Assembly: GCA_963841565.1 (NCBI GenBank)
Contig: CAWJCY010000006.1
Location: 96,001 to 160,000 of the forward strand
Source of the DNA: an uncultured Nitrososphaerales archaeon
Lineage (GTDB): Archaea; Thermoproteota; Nitrososphaeria; Nitrososphaerales; Nitrososphaeraceae
Length of the DNA: 64,000 bases
Direction of reading: 5' to 3'
Below, piece by piece: positions 20,750-32,368 of the stretch (position 1 is its first letter; each line of letters starts with the position of its first letter). The notes below the pieces were generated by a model. It was given only the letters and a program-made list of their open reading frames with translations. It did not search any database and was not told the DNA's origin. A program made the translations under genes and the position numbers.

Positions 20750-20944
20750 TATAGTCTTTAAATTAATAGCTGAATGAAGACCTTATTCCAATTCAAGGAA
20801 GGTTTTTGTCAAGCGTACTTGAATGCATATGTCGAGAAATCAACTCACTAACGTTTGGTAGTATATAAAAAGATGGAAGATCGGAATCCCTTTGTCTTTT
20901 GCGGTTGACAAATAATATAACCCTCTCTCGAAAGAGGAGTATCA

Positions 20945-22015
20945 TTGGAAAAAGGTTTAATGAACATATCCTCAGCAATCAAGAACTATTATTCGTATAT
21001 GAATCAAATAGTTACTATGCCTGATTTTTTTTTAGATCGAATCCTACTCCTGCAATCACAAGATGAGCTTTTTCAGTCGATCGTTAACAAGATTAGCGTA
21101 GGGGGAGGGAGTATACGTGAAATTCCAACGGTCGACCGAAAAGGAGGAAATGCGGCCAACATTGCCTATAGTATTGCTAAGCTGGGAGGAAAAGTCGCGT
21201 TTTTCACCGTGGGAGATAAGATTGCGAGATCTGTGATCGAAACCACATTTCAAAAATTTGGAGAAAATGTAGAAATTATGATCTCTGAGGGGATACAAGG
21301 AAAAACCACCTCGATGGAACTTTATGAAAATGTGCAGGGCGATTCTAAAGTTAATGTTATGCTAAGTGATGTTGGAGATAATGCGGACTTTGGGAAAGCA
21401 AGAGTAAACACAGAGAATCATATGAAAATATTAAGTAGAGCTGACGCTGTCATCGTTGCGAATTGGGCAAGCAATTTAAAAGGAACTGAATTAATGAAAT
21501 TCGCATTTGAAAGCTCGCCAAAGGCTCTACATTTCGTTGAATCCAGCTGATTTTGAACTTAGGAAGGAAGAATTTATCGAAATTCTTGCTCTCTTGTCAA
21601 ATCAAATAGATGTGCTTAGTATCAATGAGAATGAATGTAACACGCTTGGATCATCATTGGGATTAGGTACCTTGTTACCCTGGCAATCGTATTCAAGACA
21701 AGAGATCAAGGACGCTCGCTAAAGCTATCTGAGAAAATAGGAATAAGTATTGACATTCATACTAAATTAGGATCGGCTTGGTCAAACGGGAAAGATAGTG
21801 AAATGGTTCCAACAATCAGAAGCGAGATCAGAACCCTGACTGGAGCGGGAGACGTATGGGACACGGCCGATGTCGTTGCATATCTTGCAGGTCTGGATCC
21901 TATAGACAGGTTAACGTTCGCAAATGCCGCATCCTCCCTTTATGTCCGTAATCATTTTGCCGAGTCACCAAGCCTTGAGGAAGTTGTTGAGTTACTGGAT
22001 AGAATCAACATGTAG
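20945..22015 (+). pseudogene. PfkB/ribokinase-family sugar kinase, split by two frameshifts
   Basis: GGNAAN, (D)PAD, SINENE and TGAGD motifs spread over three ORFs; shifts near 21540 and 21718. Confidence 0.75.
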
Positions 22016-22154
22016 GCCTTTTTGCAAATTATTTTGACAGTGACTTGTTAATCGAGAGTTAAAGAGAAAGTCATTAGCTACTCAAAGGGATTGTAATAGA
22101 GGGGTCTACTAATATAGATTCGGTTATATAAGTATCAATTTATTTAGCAGGTTA

Positions 22155-22475
22155 ATGGCTCCTCCGCCTATCGATGCATCAGAATTCGAAGCGCATAAAG
22201 ACCTAAACCGAATCGTAGTAGATTTCCTGTGTCGAAATAGCGATAAGGCATTTTCGGTAAAAGAAATTGCAGAGTTTACTGGCATTAGAGAAGAAGACAT
22301 TAATTATCTGATGCTTAAACTGTCGTTTCAGGACGTAATCAGCAATTTATCTGGCATTATTGTACATAGAAAGGTTAGTAGGATTGGTAACCTCCGCCCA
22401 ATAAGGATAGAAGATGTCACAATTGATGGAACAATATATTATAGATGTGTAAAATTGGATGCTAAAAAATCATAG
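22155..22475 (+). CDS. winged-helix domain protein
   Basis: FLCRNSDKAFSVKEIAEFTG HTH-like segment; TTATATAA upstream. Confidence 0.7.
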   Translation: MAPPPIDASEFEAHKDLNRIVVDFLCRNSDKAFSVKEIAEFTGIREEDINYLMLKLSFQDVISNLSGIIVHRKVSRIGNLRPIRIEDVTIDGTIYYRCVKLDAKKS

Positions 22476-22562
22476 CCTGCCGAAGTGTCCTGTTGTCAAG
22501 TGATTTTTCAATAACTTCCCTCGAATTGATAGAAATTGAAGGCCTGAGATATCTTCTCTGAA

Positions 22563-23837
22563 GTGAGGTTCTCCATCCTGGAAAAGACCGTTCCTTTGAT
22601 TGATCAACAAGCTGGTATTAAGCACTATTGTACTGCGTTTAATGGTATAGGCGGAAAGATCAAACAAAATCCAGAGGATTTTCTAGTAAAAGAGATCCTA
22701 AATAAACAATACCTTGAAAACTTGTCGAAGAATTCATCCTCTGGCCATCGCTTTCCAGTTTTTATTCTAAAAAAGCATAATATCGATTCCAACCACGCTA
22801 TCTTCGAAATACGTAACCAACTTAACTTGGAACTAAGAGTCCTCGGCATAAAAGATGCCAAGGCCAGCACGATGCAATATGCCACCACAATTCAGAATAC
22901 ACGAAATCTACCCCCAAGGGCCAAGACTAACCACACTGAAATTTGTCTTATAGGATACAGCAGTATACTACTCTCAAAATCAGATCTTTGGGGAAATCAA
23001 TTTACTGTTCTGATATTTGAACCCAAGAGCGCAGATTTGACTGATTTTCTACCTGAAATAGATCATATAGCTAATTTCTACGGTCTCCAGAGGTTTGGAA
23101 GTGAAAGGATGGTAACTCATAATGTTGGAAGGGAAATACTTAAGGGGAATTTTAGACGAGCATCTGAATTGCTCCTAACTGAGACTACCAGATATGATAC
23201 CGCATATAGCAGAGAGATCAGAGAGCAATTGTCTGACCCAAGCAACTACTACAAACTCATGGCTCTTTTGCCTAAGGGCATGGATATCGAAAGAGAAATA
23301 GTGCGATCGTTACTCTATAAGAGAGACTATATTCGTGCGCTAAGGGCAATCCCCATTGGAATTCGACGGTTGTACGTCCAGGCCTATCAAGCCTATATAT
23401 TCAACCTTTGTATGAGCGAATCTCTATCTTGCGGTGAGGATATAGCGAAATGTAGGGTTGGTGACTTGTGCTTTGAGATCGAAGGTAATGATGTACTTGG
23501 AAAGATTAGGAAACTAAACCCCACCATTGATACCTTTTCTACAGTGCTTCCCGCGGTACGACTTGTAGGATATTCGTTCCAGACCGGAAAAGGACGCTTC
23601 GAATCTATTTCACAAAAAATCCTCAAAGAGGAAGGACTGACACCAAGAGATTTCTACATTCGAGATATGCAGGAGCTTAGCGCTAAGGGCGGATTCAGAC
23701 AATCGGTTCTTTGGTGTAAGGGATTTAATCATTCTGGATCCCTACACATCAGTTTCAAATTGCCTAAGGGCTCCTATGCCACTACCCTCTTAAGAGAAAT
23801 TATGAAGCCAGATTCCCCGATCGAAGCTGGTTTCTGA
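22563..23837 (+). CDS. truD: tRNA pseudouridine(13) synthase TruD
   Basis: IKQNPEDFLVKE, GIKDAKA, NFYGLQRFG, FKLPKGSYAT. Confidence 0.93.
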   Translation: MRFSILEKTVPLIDQQAGIKHYCTAFNGIGGKIKQNPEDFLVKEILNKQYLENLSKNSSSGHRFPVFILKKHNIDSNHAIFEIRNQLNLELRVLGIKDAKASTMQYATTIQNTRNLPPRAKTNHTEICLIGYSSILLSKSDLWGNQFTVLIFEPKSADLTDFLPEIDHIANFYGLQRFGSERMVTHNVGREILKGNFRRASELLLTETTRYDTAYSREIREQLSDPSNYYKLMALLPKGMDIEREIVRSLLYKRDYIRALRAIPIGIRRLYVQAYQAYIFNLCMSESLSCGEDIAKCRVGDLCFEIEGNDVLGKIRKLNPTIDTFSTVLPAVRLVGYSFQTGKGRFESISQKILKEEGLTPRDFYIRDMQELSAKGGFRQSVLWCKGFNHSGSLHISFKLPKGSYATTLLREIMKPDSPIEAGF

Positions 23838-23938
23838 GCTAAGCTGATACAAAAATTAGTCTCTACAGCTCCAACCGCAATGACTGCTAGACAAGGGATA
23901 GAGTATGCTAACCTTCATCTGAGGTTTTAGCACAAGTC

Positions 23939-24462
23939 CTAATTGGTTCTAACAAGTTTTACTATTCTTATCATGACGTTAATAGTAATGGCTGAAAGCA
24001 TCCACGACAATATAGTACTTAGAATAGCTGTCTGATACGGAGATATTATAGCTCAGCTGGAGGAGCTGATAAAGGATCAGAATTTTTGAGGTGGAATAAA
24101 TTATTTCAGAAACTGAAAAAGTAGCAATAAGCTTCTTTATATCGCTTCTTAACTTGTGTGAATCTCTCTTTTTTGTAACCGGATCAAGATACCTGTTTCT
24201 ATTGTCGATATAGAAAAGTACTCCGAATATTGGAAAGAATACACTGTACTCAGTCGCTATTGAGACAAAGGAATTTATGAGATTGCTTCCACCTGTCTGT
24301 GAGTACCAGCTGAGTAACTAGACTACCAACCAGAAGTGATGAAATGCCTGCAATTATTAGATTCTTGTTGAAATACAAAACTTCTTTATACTTCAAGTAA
24401 AGATCGTAGATGCGCTGGTTACTCATTGGATGTTCCTTAACTAAGTTATCTAGCCTTTTCAA
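23939..24462 (-). pseudogene. membrane protein (about 4 TM) split by two frameshifts
   Basis: Shifting frame near 24305 and 24047 gives a continuous hydrophobic protein (FNKNLIIAG...EYSVFFPIFGVLFYIDN...SEIIY...PYQTAILS...VRTN*). Confidence 0.6.
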
Positions 24463-24935
24463 TTATATATTCTATTCGTGTTAAACCTGTAACAAAGAGA
24501 TATAGATGCTCCAGAATATTTCAATTGTGATAAACTTGCTTGAAAAAATCTTTTAGGCAAAAGACGCAAATCACATCATGATTTTTGAGAAGAAAGTTAT
24601 TTCCATTTAAATATAATAGTCTTTAAGAAAAAAAATGACTGCCCCCCATGAAAATTGGGGAATCACCAATAACTCACTGGCTCAAAGTAAGGAGCAAGTG
24701 CTTAAATCGGAGAAATCCTTAGTGAGGCCTTCAGATTATAGAAATCGTCTTGCCAGTTCAGCGAGGACAATCTTGCTAACAATTTTGGGATCTGCCAAAC
24801 TAATTAATCATGCATTAGATTCGTTGTTTTAGCGGATCATGTATAAGTGGGAATCAACGGAGGAATCAACTTGATTTACAGGATTAAATAAGTTTTAGAT
24901 TTTACGACAAAGTAAAATTCAAAAAAAGGGCACAC

Positions 24936-25850
24936 CTACTTTATCTTGTCAAACTTCTTCATAACATAGGGCAAATTATCGATAAGATCAGTTGCTAGGA
25001 GATGCAAACCTAGTCTTTTAGAGGCTCGCAATGCAGCTAAGCCATTTAGGTAAACGCCCGTGATAGAAGCATGAAATGGATCCAATTTGGTGAGAAGCCC
25101 TCCTACCAGTCCTGACAGAACATCTCCAGTTCCTCCCACAGTCATTGCTGGGGTACTGCGTTTGATCACAGATACATGTCCGCCTATTCCGCTTGCTATT
25201 ACATTATATTCACCCTTCAAGATTATTGTGATGCCGTATTTTTCTGCCATTTCAACCACAACTGATATTAAATTCTTGAGGCTTGCCTTCTTTTGAGTTA
25301 GAAACGAGATAGAGCTTTCTGTTGAGAACAGGCGATTGAATTCTCCAAGATGAGGGGTGATTATTGTATTGGTTCCTGTTATATGTTTTAGAACATCTGG
25401 GATTAACGCTGAAGCGTCAAGGAGGAGTTTGGTGTGCATTCCTTTAAGGTCATTTATCAAGTAAGCCAGCCCCTTGACCTGGGCTATGTTCAATCCCATC
25501 CCTATGGCCGCAGCATCTGGTTTCTTTGGAAGAACATGAAGGATTTCTCTTGCAGAAGTGATATCCAATGAATCGGGTGAGAAAGGAAGTACAATAATGT
25601 TCGGAGAATAGGACCTTAGAGCTAGGACGTTTCGTTGTGGTACACAAGTATAAACAAGGTCGACCCCTGATCTGAGACCGGCCATCGAACTCAATAACGG
25701 GGCACCATGGTATATGTCGCTTGCCCCAACTACGAGCAAGATCCCGTTCTCGCCTTTTCGAGAAGACAAGGATCTGGGAACCATCGTTTGGTTAACGAGC
25801 CGGTCATTAATGATAATTCTCTTTGACATCGGTCTTACTCCTTTTATCAT
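24936..25850 (-). CDS. nnrD: ADP-dependent NAD(P)H-hydrate dehydratase
   Basis: KGENG, YHGAP, LDASA, ITPHLGEF, GGTGDVLSG. Confidence 0.9.
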   Translation of the reverse strand: MIKGVRPMSKRIIINDRLVNQTMVPRSLSSRKGENGILLVVGASDIYHGAPLLSSMAGLRSGVDLVYTCVPQRNVLALRSYSPNIIVLPFSPDSLDITSAREILHVLPKKPDAAAIGMGLNIAQVKGLAYLINDLKGMHTKLLLDASALIPDVLKHITGTNTIITPHLGEFNRLFSTESSISFLTQKKASLKNLISVVVEMAEKYGITIILKGEYNVIASGIGGHVSVIKRSTPAMTVGGTGDVLSGLVGGLLTKLDPFHASITGVYLNGLAALRASKRLGLHLLATDLIDNLPYVMKKFDKIK

Positions 25851-26265
25851 TCATCGAAAAGCATTCCCTCTTTAAATAGCTAGTATCTAGTGCCATCGAT
25901 GAGCGACCTATCAAAGTTAGTTCGATTCCTTTTGTGAATATATACTCAATATCCATTTCACAAGTCTGCATCGAATATGTAGTCATGTCTACTTCTTGGG
26001 ATAACAAGAGCTTGTCATCTGGTCATTGATAAAACCATCAAGGCAATTGTGGATACGCTTCAAGTCTAGAATTAACACTCAAATACCATAGTGTATAGGT
26101 GAAGGTTCCAATGATTCCGGGGCTAAGGCGATCAACCTTTCGTCTAAAGTGATCTAACCACGATCCCAATTGATTCTCTATTTTGGCTCGTAAAGGAACA
26201 CAAAATGATTTAAACTATTTGACTGCGCTGAACATATAGTCTTAGTCTTGGATTTAACGCATAGC

Positions 26266-26493
26266 ATGTTTTCCTCTGGACCTGAACTAGGCCTTGCTGG
26301 GATGCAACGCATTATTAGAAAATCAGGTGCAGAAAGGGTGAGTGACGATGCCGCTAACGAACTACGTACGGTTTTAGAACAAATAGCTGAAAAAATTGCT
26401 AAAAGTGCAGTTGAGTTGTCACTACATGCGGGTAGGAAAACAATAAAACCTGAAGATATTCGTCTGGCTACCAGAAACGTACTTAAAATGTGA
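26266..26493 (+). CDS. archaeal histone
   Basis: RIIRKSGAERVSDDA ... HAGRKTIKPEDIRLA histone fold. Confidence 0.95.
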   Translation: MFSSGPELGLAGMQRIIRKSGAERVSDDAANELRTVLEQIAEKIAKSAVELSLHAGRKTIKPEDIRLATRNVLKM

Positions 26494-26706
26494 AACAAGT
26501 CGTCGGAACCCTTTTCAGTTTTCTTCAGCAGAGGATCTTAACTGTTGATGTTAAACTATCAACAAGGAAGGAACGTACAGTTGACACATGCCAAATCTTT
26601 TTAACAAGTTACCTAATGCTTACCCTGTATCAATCCATTGAAGTAAGATAGCTCTAGATTCTAAAATGTTAAACTTGATAAGAAAGGGTTTGTCATAATA
26701 TAAAGG

Positions 26707-27495
26707 GTGAGAACCTACCCTCTATTATGTGACGCGCACGTTCATCTAACGGACCCGGAATTTTCTTCATATTTGGAGGAGATACTATCGAGTATTAGAA
26801 CAATGAAGATGCACGTATGTTCAGTGTCAGTAGATATCAATTCAACTATCAATGGAATCAAATCCTTTGGTCAATCCAACAATGACATAGTAACTCAATT
26901 CATAGGAATTCATCCACAATTTGCTCATGAAGCCGATATTGGAAAATTCCTAGAGATATATTCTGAATATTCAGATTCGATTGGAGGGATAGGAGAAATT
27001 GGACTCGATCCGACGTACACACTAACTAAAGGGAATTCATATCAAGAGCAAAGGCATGTGTTCCAAGCTATGCTCAACCTTGCAGAAAAGTCGAAGAAAC
27101 CAGTATCTATCCATTCTAGAAAATCTCTCGACGATATTTTAGATTTAATAAAATCTTACAACTTGGCCAACCTGCTCTTCCATTGGTTCTCCGGTAATAA
27201 GAAACAATTGCGCGTTTTAATGGACATGGGTGCGTATGTCTCTTATGGTCCCCCATTAGTATTTTCTGAAGACAAACGAGTTCTTCTAAAGAATACTGAC
27301 AAAGACAGGATTCTTATTGAGACAGATGGACCCGTTAGGTACCCCAGATGCTTCACAGAATTACCTGCATTGCCAACATCATTCCTGGTAACCGTGGCTA
27401 ACGCCGTTGGAGAAGCTCTAGATATATCTTATTTAGAAGCAATTGAATTCATCGCTTTGAATACTGAGAATTTTTTGCGCAAGAAGCTGAGGTAA
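26707..27495 (+). CDS. tatD: TatD-family metallo-nuclease
   Basis: DAHVH, GEIGLD, IHSR, HWF, ETDGP. Confidence 0.9.
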   Translation: MRTYPLLCDAHVHLTDPEFSSYLEEILSSIRTMKMHVCSVSVDINSTINGIKSFGQSNNDIVTQFIGIHPQFAHEADIGKFLEIYSEYSDSIGGIGEIGLDPTYTLTKGNSYQEQRHVFQAMLNLAEKSKKPVSIHSRKSLDDILDLIKSYNLANLLFHWFSGNKKQLRVLMDMGAYVSYGPPLVFSEDKRVLLKNTDKDRILIETDGPVRYPRCFTELPALPTSFLVTVANAVGEALDISYLEAIEFIALNTENFLRKKLR

Positions 27496-27793
27496 AAGTT
27501 TTCCCAAACACTTGCTTTGTACTGCTTTTATGCTTACAGTTTAGCGTGTTTTACTCCGTAAGTTATTCTGCATAAATATTCAATTTCTCAATGATTAGAA
27601 TGAAATGCATGAAGAATACGTACAAAGCCTGTTGCATGATTGATGATTTCAATTGCTCGCTAAGATTCCATGTCAAAATAGCAGGAAACTAAGTTACGCT
27701 GGATAATAATCAATTGGTCTGTAGGCAACTAGTACGATGAAATATTATCAATAAAATTGATAAAGTCCATTACCAGATAATTCAGGATGAATC

Positions 27794-28588
27794 ATGAAAG
27801 TAGTGCTGCTTGCAGGTGGTAGAGGCACAAGGGCAAGGCCATTTAGCGATTTTGTTCCTAAATCAATGATCCCTATAGGAGGAAGACCTGTTATAGATCA
27901 CGTTGTAAGATATCTTGCACGGTTCGAGACTATAGACGAAATTCTAATCGTGTGTGAGTTTGATTCTTTTGGAAGCCAAATCATAAACTATTTCGAAGGA
28001 AAAGGGAGTATAATCCTCAAGAAGATTTCGTTCATTGAGGACAACAAGAGTGGGACTGGTGGAGCAGTCTTAAGAGCGGAGGATTCGATAAAAAATGGAA
28101 GCGAACCGTTTCTTGTTTGGTTTGCAGATAATCTTTGTGCGTTGAATTTGAAGGAGTTAGTCAGCCGTTATCATACATTGAAAATGCAGCTTGAGAGCGG
28201 CAAAGAAATCACAGGGATTCTGGTAACCAGAAAGCATCGGTATGAAGAAACTGGGAGAGTCACCGTCAAAGCTAAAGAGTGCAACAAAATAGAAGAATTT
28301 ATTGAAAAGCCAGTCGCTGAACTAGAATCACCCGAAGCGCTTGGGATTTATCTATTTAGTAAGGTAGTATTCGAATATTTACATCAGCAACAAGAATCTA
28401 TTATTCAAAACAAGCAAACCAATAGCTTTAACCTGTCGCATGATGTCTTGACACACTTGCCCTCGAAAGGAGCTAACCTTTATTCTTACAGTCTGGGTGA
28501 CAACACAGATTGGATAGATATCGAATCACCGGTTTATGCGGACAGGAATAGCAAGATTATTAGTAGAATCATAGATCAGATGAGCTGA
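27794..28588 (+). CDS. sugar-phosphate nucleotidyltransferase
   Basis: LAGGRGTRARP ... PK, GTGGA, FIEKP, WIDI. Confidence 0.88.
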   Translation: MKVVLLAGGRGTRARPFSDFVPKSMIPIGGRPVIDHVVRYLARFETIDEILIVCEFDSFGSQIINYFEGKGSIILKKISFIEDNKSGTGGAVLRAEDSIKNGSEPFLVWFADNLCALNLKELVSRYHTLKMQLESGKEITGILVTRKHRYEETGRVTVKAKECNKIEEFIEKPVAELESPEALGIYLFSKVVFEYLHQQQESIIQNKQTNSFNLSHDVLTHLPSKGANLYSYSLGDNTDWIDIESPVYADRNSKIISRIIDQMS

Positions 28589-28931
28589 TAATTCTCCCCG
28601 GTTACGTAGCCAAGAGGCTATTTTACTGCTTTCACTATTTGATCACAAATCGAGTCAGCAGCCCATTTGATTGTTAACCACGAAATCCCTATATCTTGTC
28701 TTGAAGGAATTCTTTTTGCTGAAAAAGCCTACTATCTTTCATTCTCTTTCGATATTGAACCTCTTGATTTAGAAGTTTGGAGGCTACGAACTATCGTCTC
28801 GATCAGACTAAATCATAAGACGCGTAATCTTGGTTGAATTCGTGAGCCTAATCACGAAAAGCAAATTTAAGGTAGTATAGACAGCTCAGGATATAAAGGA
28901 CAAAGAGATCATAGAAAGATAATAAACATAC

Positions 28932-29651
28932 TTGGACCACTTGGGATACTACAAAACATTGGGAGTTTCAGAGGATTCTAGCTATCATGACATCAGAAAG
29001 GCATACCGCCGGCTGGTCAAGAAGCATCATCCTGATAGAAACACATCAAGTCATTCAGGTGACATGATTAAGAAAATCAACGCAGCCTTTGAAATTCTTT
29101 CAGATAAAGACAAGAGGAAACAGTATGATGTAATAAGTCCTATTCGAAATAGCGATTTATTTACTGAGACTAAAGTAGCCAAGAAAAATCAGCAACCTCA
29201 TGATAGCTTCAGAAACCCAGCCGCAAAGCCTAGAAATTCCCACGAGTCCACATTTTATCCTAATCATAAAGAAAATCAAGAAACTACAGAAAATGAGTAC
29301 AAGGAATGGAGGCACGAGATATTTGGGGACAGACAGAGCACAAGAATCAGAAAGGATCCGTCTGTGACCCTAGGCGTATCAAAGGTTGAAGTTGATGATG
29401 AAGAGAACTCGAAGCCACATTCACGCTTCAACATATCAGTAGAACCTACACTATGTATGGCGTTCGGAAGCTGTGAAGTATTGGCGCCTAAAGTTTTTGT
29501 GTTGGAAAAAAACAAGATCATAAATCCTAAAGTCAGAATTGAATCAGAGGACGGTGCTCCATTTGAAGATATATTATCTGCGGCAGAAACCTGTCCTACT
29601 AAGGCTATCAGAATTATTGATAGAGACAATGGTGAGCAGGTGTTCCCATAG
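28932..29651 (+). CDS. DnaJ-ferredoxin fusion protein (DnaJ-Fer)
   Basis: J domain with HPD; C-terminal CMAFGSC ... AAETCP ferredoxin. Confidence 0.9.
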   Translation: MDHLGYYKTLGVSEDSSYHDIRKAYRRLVKKHHPDRNTSSHSGDMIKKINAAFEILSDKDKRKQYDVISPIRNSDLFTETKVAKKNQQPHDSFRNPAAKPRNSHESTFYPNHKENQETTENEYKEWRHEIFGDRQSTRIRKDPSVTLGVSKVEVDDEENSKPHSRFNISVEPTLCMAFGSCEVLAPKVFVLEKNKIINPKVRIESEDGAPFEDILSAAETCPTKAIRIIDRDNGEQVFP

Positions 29652-29825
29652 CATTTGTTCATTTAGATGAGCCATTTATATCACAAGTGTAAATGTCCAG
29701 ATAGAATCAGTAGAAGACAATCTATTCTAAATTAGCCAATTTTTGCCCATCAAGTCGGCAATCTACTCCAGCTTAAAACGAAATGGAATGACATACATAT
29801 ATTTCTGTAACTCGAATATCAAGAG

Positions 29826-29990
29826 GTGAGTCTTTCAAGCAATAATGTCACCTCGATTATTGCCTTAATCATGTTAATACTTTTAGTCGCAGTGTCATTC
29901 TTTGTACAGACTCATTTCCCAAATCCAATTGCACAACAAATCAGAGAACAGACACAATTCTTTGATCAAGATAGAAGTAATCTAGGATAG
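29826..29990 (+). CDS. small single-TM protein (54 aa, not in the ORF track)
   Basis: GTG-start MSLSSNNVTSIIALIMLILLVAVSFFVQTHF...NLG*; TATATT about 25 nt upstream. Confidence 0.5.
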   Translation: MSLSSNNVTSIIALIMLILLVAVSFFVQTHFPNPIAQQIREQTQFFDQDRSNLG

Positions 29991-30572
29991 ATAGCTCTTG
30001 ATAGGACTCGTCCCAATAGTGCGGTATATGCCTATTCACGTACCAAACAATCATTAAGAGCTTTTTACTTATTCGTTTCTATCTTCCTATCGCGAACAGC
30101 ATTGGGTCAAAAGATCTGAATTATCTTCAGTTACTCTAGAAAGAGACCTCCAAATCACGTGCTAGCACCATTTTTTGTCGCTGAATTAGATATGATTTCC
30201 CAAACTAGCTCTATTCCTATCTTTGGTAACAGAGTCTTTTTTTAGTATGCATCGTCAAATATGGATAGAATTTAGTGTCCAATCCCAATATTATTGCGTT
30301 GCCAAAAAGTTCAATTCTTTAAAATTGTAGCAGTAGTACGGTGAAGCCGCAAAAATCAGAATGGATGGAAGTGGGAGTTGCATGAAGCTTCAAGCAAGGA
30401 AATAACCTCTTCTTGCCAATCTTCCTAACTGCTGCTGATGACGACAAATAGAATTTGATGAGACGCTTATCGCCTGCATTCAAGAGTGTTAGATTGCAAT
30501 TAGAGGCTTCACTTTGAAACAAACCCCCCTCGTAAATGTCATTCAATCCATAATAAAGAAAATTTGTGAAGA

Positions 30573-31409
30573 TTAGTGGCTAGTAAATGCAAAAAGATTT
30601 TTCTTGTAGACATCTGTTCTTCTGTTTTTTAGAAGTGGCAGCTTTCCTCTCACTTTTATGATATCTGATTTCTCTAATTCCACTACCTCCATTCCTTCTT
30701 TATTGCCCATATCTAACAAGACAGTCCCAAAGGGATCAACTACCATACTTCTACCAGTATATATGTTTCCTATCTGATCTGGCGCAATTACATAGATGCC
30801 ATTCTCAATTGCTCTGGCCTTTATGAAAGTCTGCCAATGTTCTTCTTTCATGATCCCATGCACCCATGCTGAAGGGATAACCAGAAGCTCTGCACCCAGC
30901 ACGCTCAGTATCCTAGACACTTCAGGAAAGCGGATGTCGTAGCAGATCATGAGGCCAATTTTTGCAGCTTCGAATTGAAAAGGTTTCTCAATGCTATTTC
31001 CGGCTTGAAATTTATCTGATTCTCTAAATCCCAGCGCGTCGTATAAATGAATTTTTCTGTAACGAGCCATGATCATTCCATCTTTTCTGATTGCAACTGC
31101 AGAATCAAAGACTTTGTTCTTGGTTCGAGCCTTTTCATAGATCGTACTTATAATATCAATTTCATTTTCTTTTGCGCATCGGCCTAAAGTCTTTACAAAA
31201 TTACCAGTATTTACTGCTTCAGAGATCTCGCTCAATTCAATGGGTTTTTGATCTGATGGAGAAAAACCCATTTGAAATTCAGGGAAACATATGATCTGTG
31301 CATTTTTATGACGAGCTTCTTTAATGTAGTCTTCTGATTGTGCCAAGTTCTTCTTCTTGTCTGTATCCGACTTCATTTGCACGACTGCTATCCGACACAA
31401 TTTGCTCAT
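30573..31409 (-). CDS. carbon-nitrogen hydrolase (nitrilase/Nit family)
   Basis: FPE, YRKIHLYD and ICYDIRFPE catalytic triad; ARAIEN. Confidence 0.92.
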   Translation of the reverse strand: MSKLCRIAVVQMKSDTDKKKNLAQSEDYIKEARHKNAQIICFPEFQMGFSPSDQKPIELSEISEAVNTGNFVKTLGRCAKENEIDIISTIYEKARTKNKVFDSAVAIRKDGMIMARYRKIHLYDALGFRESDKFQAGNSIEKPFQFEAAKIGLMICYDIRFPEVSRILSVLGAELLVIPSAWVHGIMKEEHWQTFIKARAIENGIYVIAPDQIGNIYTGRSMVVDPFGTVLLDMGNKEGMEVVELEKSDIIKVRGKLPLLKNRRTDVYKKNLFAFTSH

Positions 31410-31961
31410 ATCGTCTTATGACCTAGGTAATCATAATTAGATAAATAATTATCTGGAAATCTCACCCTCGGCGAAGTGAGAAAGGCTAAAATTAATCGGT
31501 ATCACTGATTGTGCGCATCCTATGAATATTTCTAATATCCAAATTTATTAATTACCTAAACTATTCGCTTTGCCTTGCGATATGCAAAAAAAAACCGGCG
31601 TCAAATTTTAGGAGATTCATGAATTCGAAGAATCAATACCAATCACGGCCACAAAAGACCGATACGCTACTATTCAATTAAACTAGTCTCCGAAGCATTT
31701 CTTTTGAGATTATTGAAATGGTTAAGTATTAATTTTTAGAACTGGTCTATATCGCTATCTTCACTGGTTTCAACAGTTGAAAATTATAGCTGGCAGGTTT
31801 CCTAGAATATTATGCGATGATGCGCAGTTCGACGAAAACCAGTGGTCTCATAGTAGACATAAATGTGGATCAAAATATTTTTGTCCAATACGAAACGTGA
31901 CTCCTAGTGAAGAAATAAACTTTAATTAATAAAATCGAGTTTTGGAGTCCGCAAGTGGGTA

Positions 31962-32357
31962 TTGGGACACTTATTCGGGATCAAATGCAGATGCTTAGAG
32001 TCAAGTTCACCAATAACTCTAATAATGAGAGAAGAGTATTCTGAATCGAACAACTCAAAAATGAGCGAGCTAGCCTTACTACCTCATGCGAATCTCAACA
32101 TGACGGCAGCTAGGAAAATTGATCGTGATGACGAACCACTGATTTTGAAGTATAATGGTGCTGTGATTGGTTGCAATTTTGAATCTATTTCTAGGGGTTT
32201 GAAACCTTCATGTCATAGGTTAAATCAGGTTTTCGATTCTAATAATATGAAATACTCGAGACCATCAGTTAGGAGAAAAGGAGTAGATGGAGAGGGAAAA
32301 TTCCGTTTAAAGAATGGTATAGACAATAATACTGCCGGAATAACTTTTCAATGGTGA
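31962..32357 (+). CDS. hypothetical protein
   Basis: Open frame only; no motif. Confidence 0.25.
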   Translation: MGHLFGIKCRCLESSSPITLIMREEYSESNNSKMSELALLPHANLNMTAARKIDRDDEPLILKYNGAVIGCNFESISRGLKPSCHRLNQVFDSNNMKYSRPSVRRKGVDGEGKFRLKNGIDNNTAGITFQW

Positions 32358-32368
32358 ATTGTTGAGAG

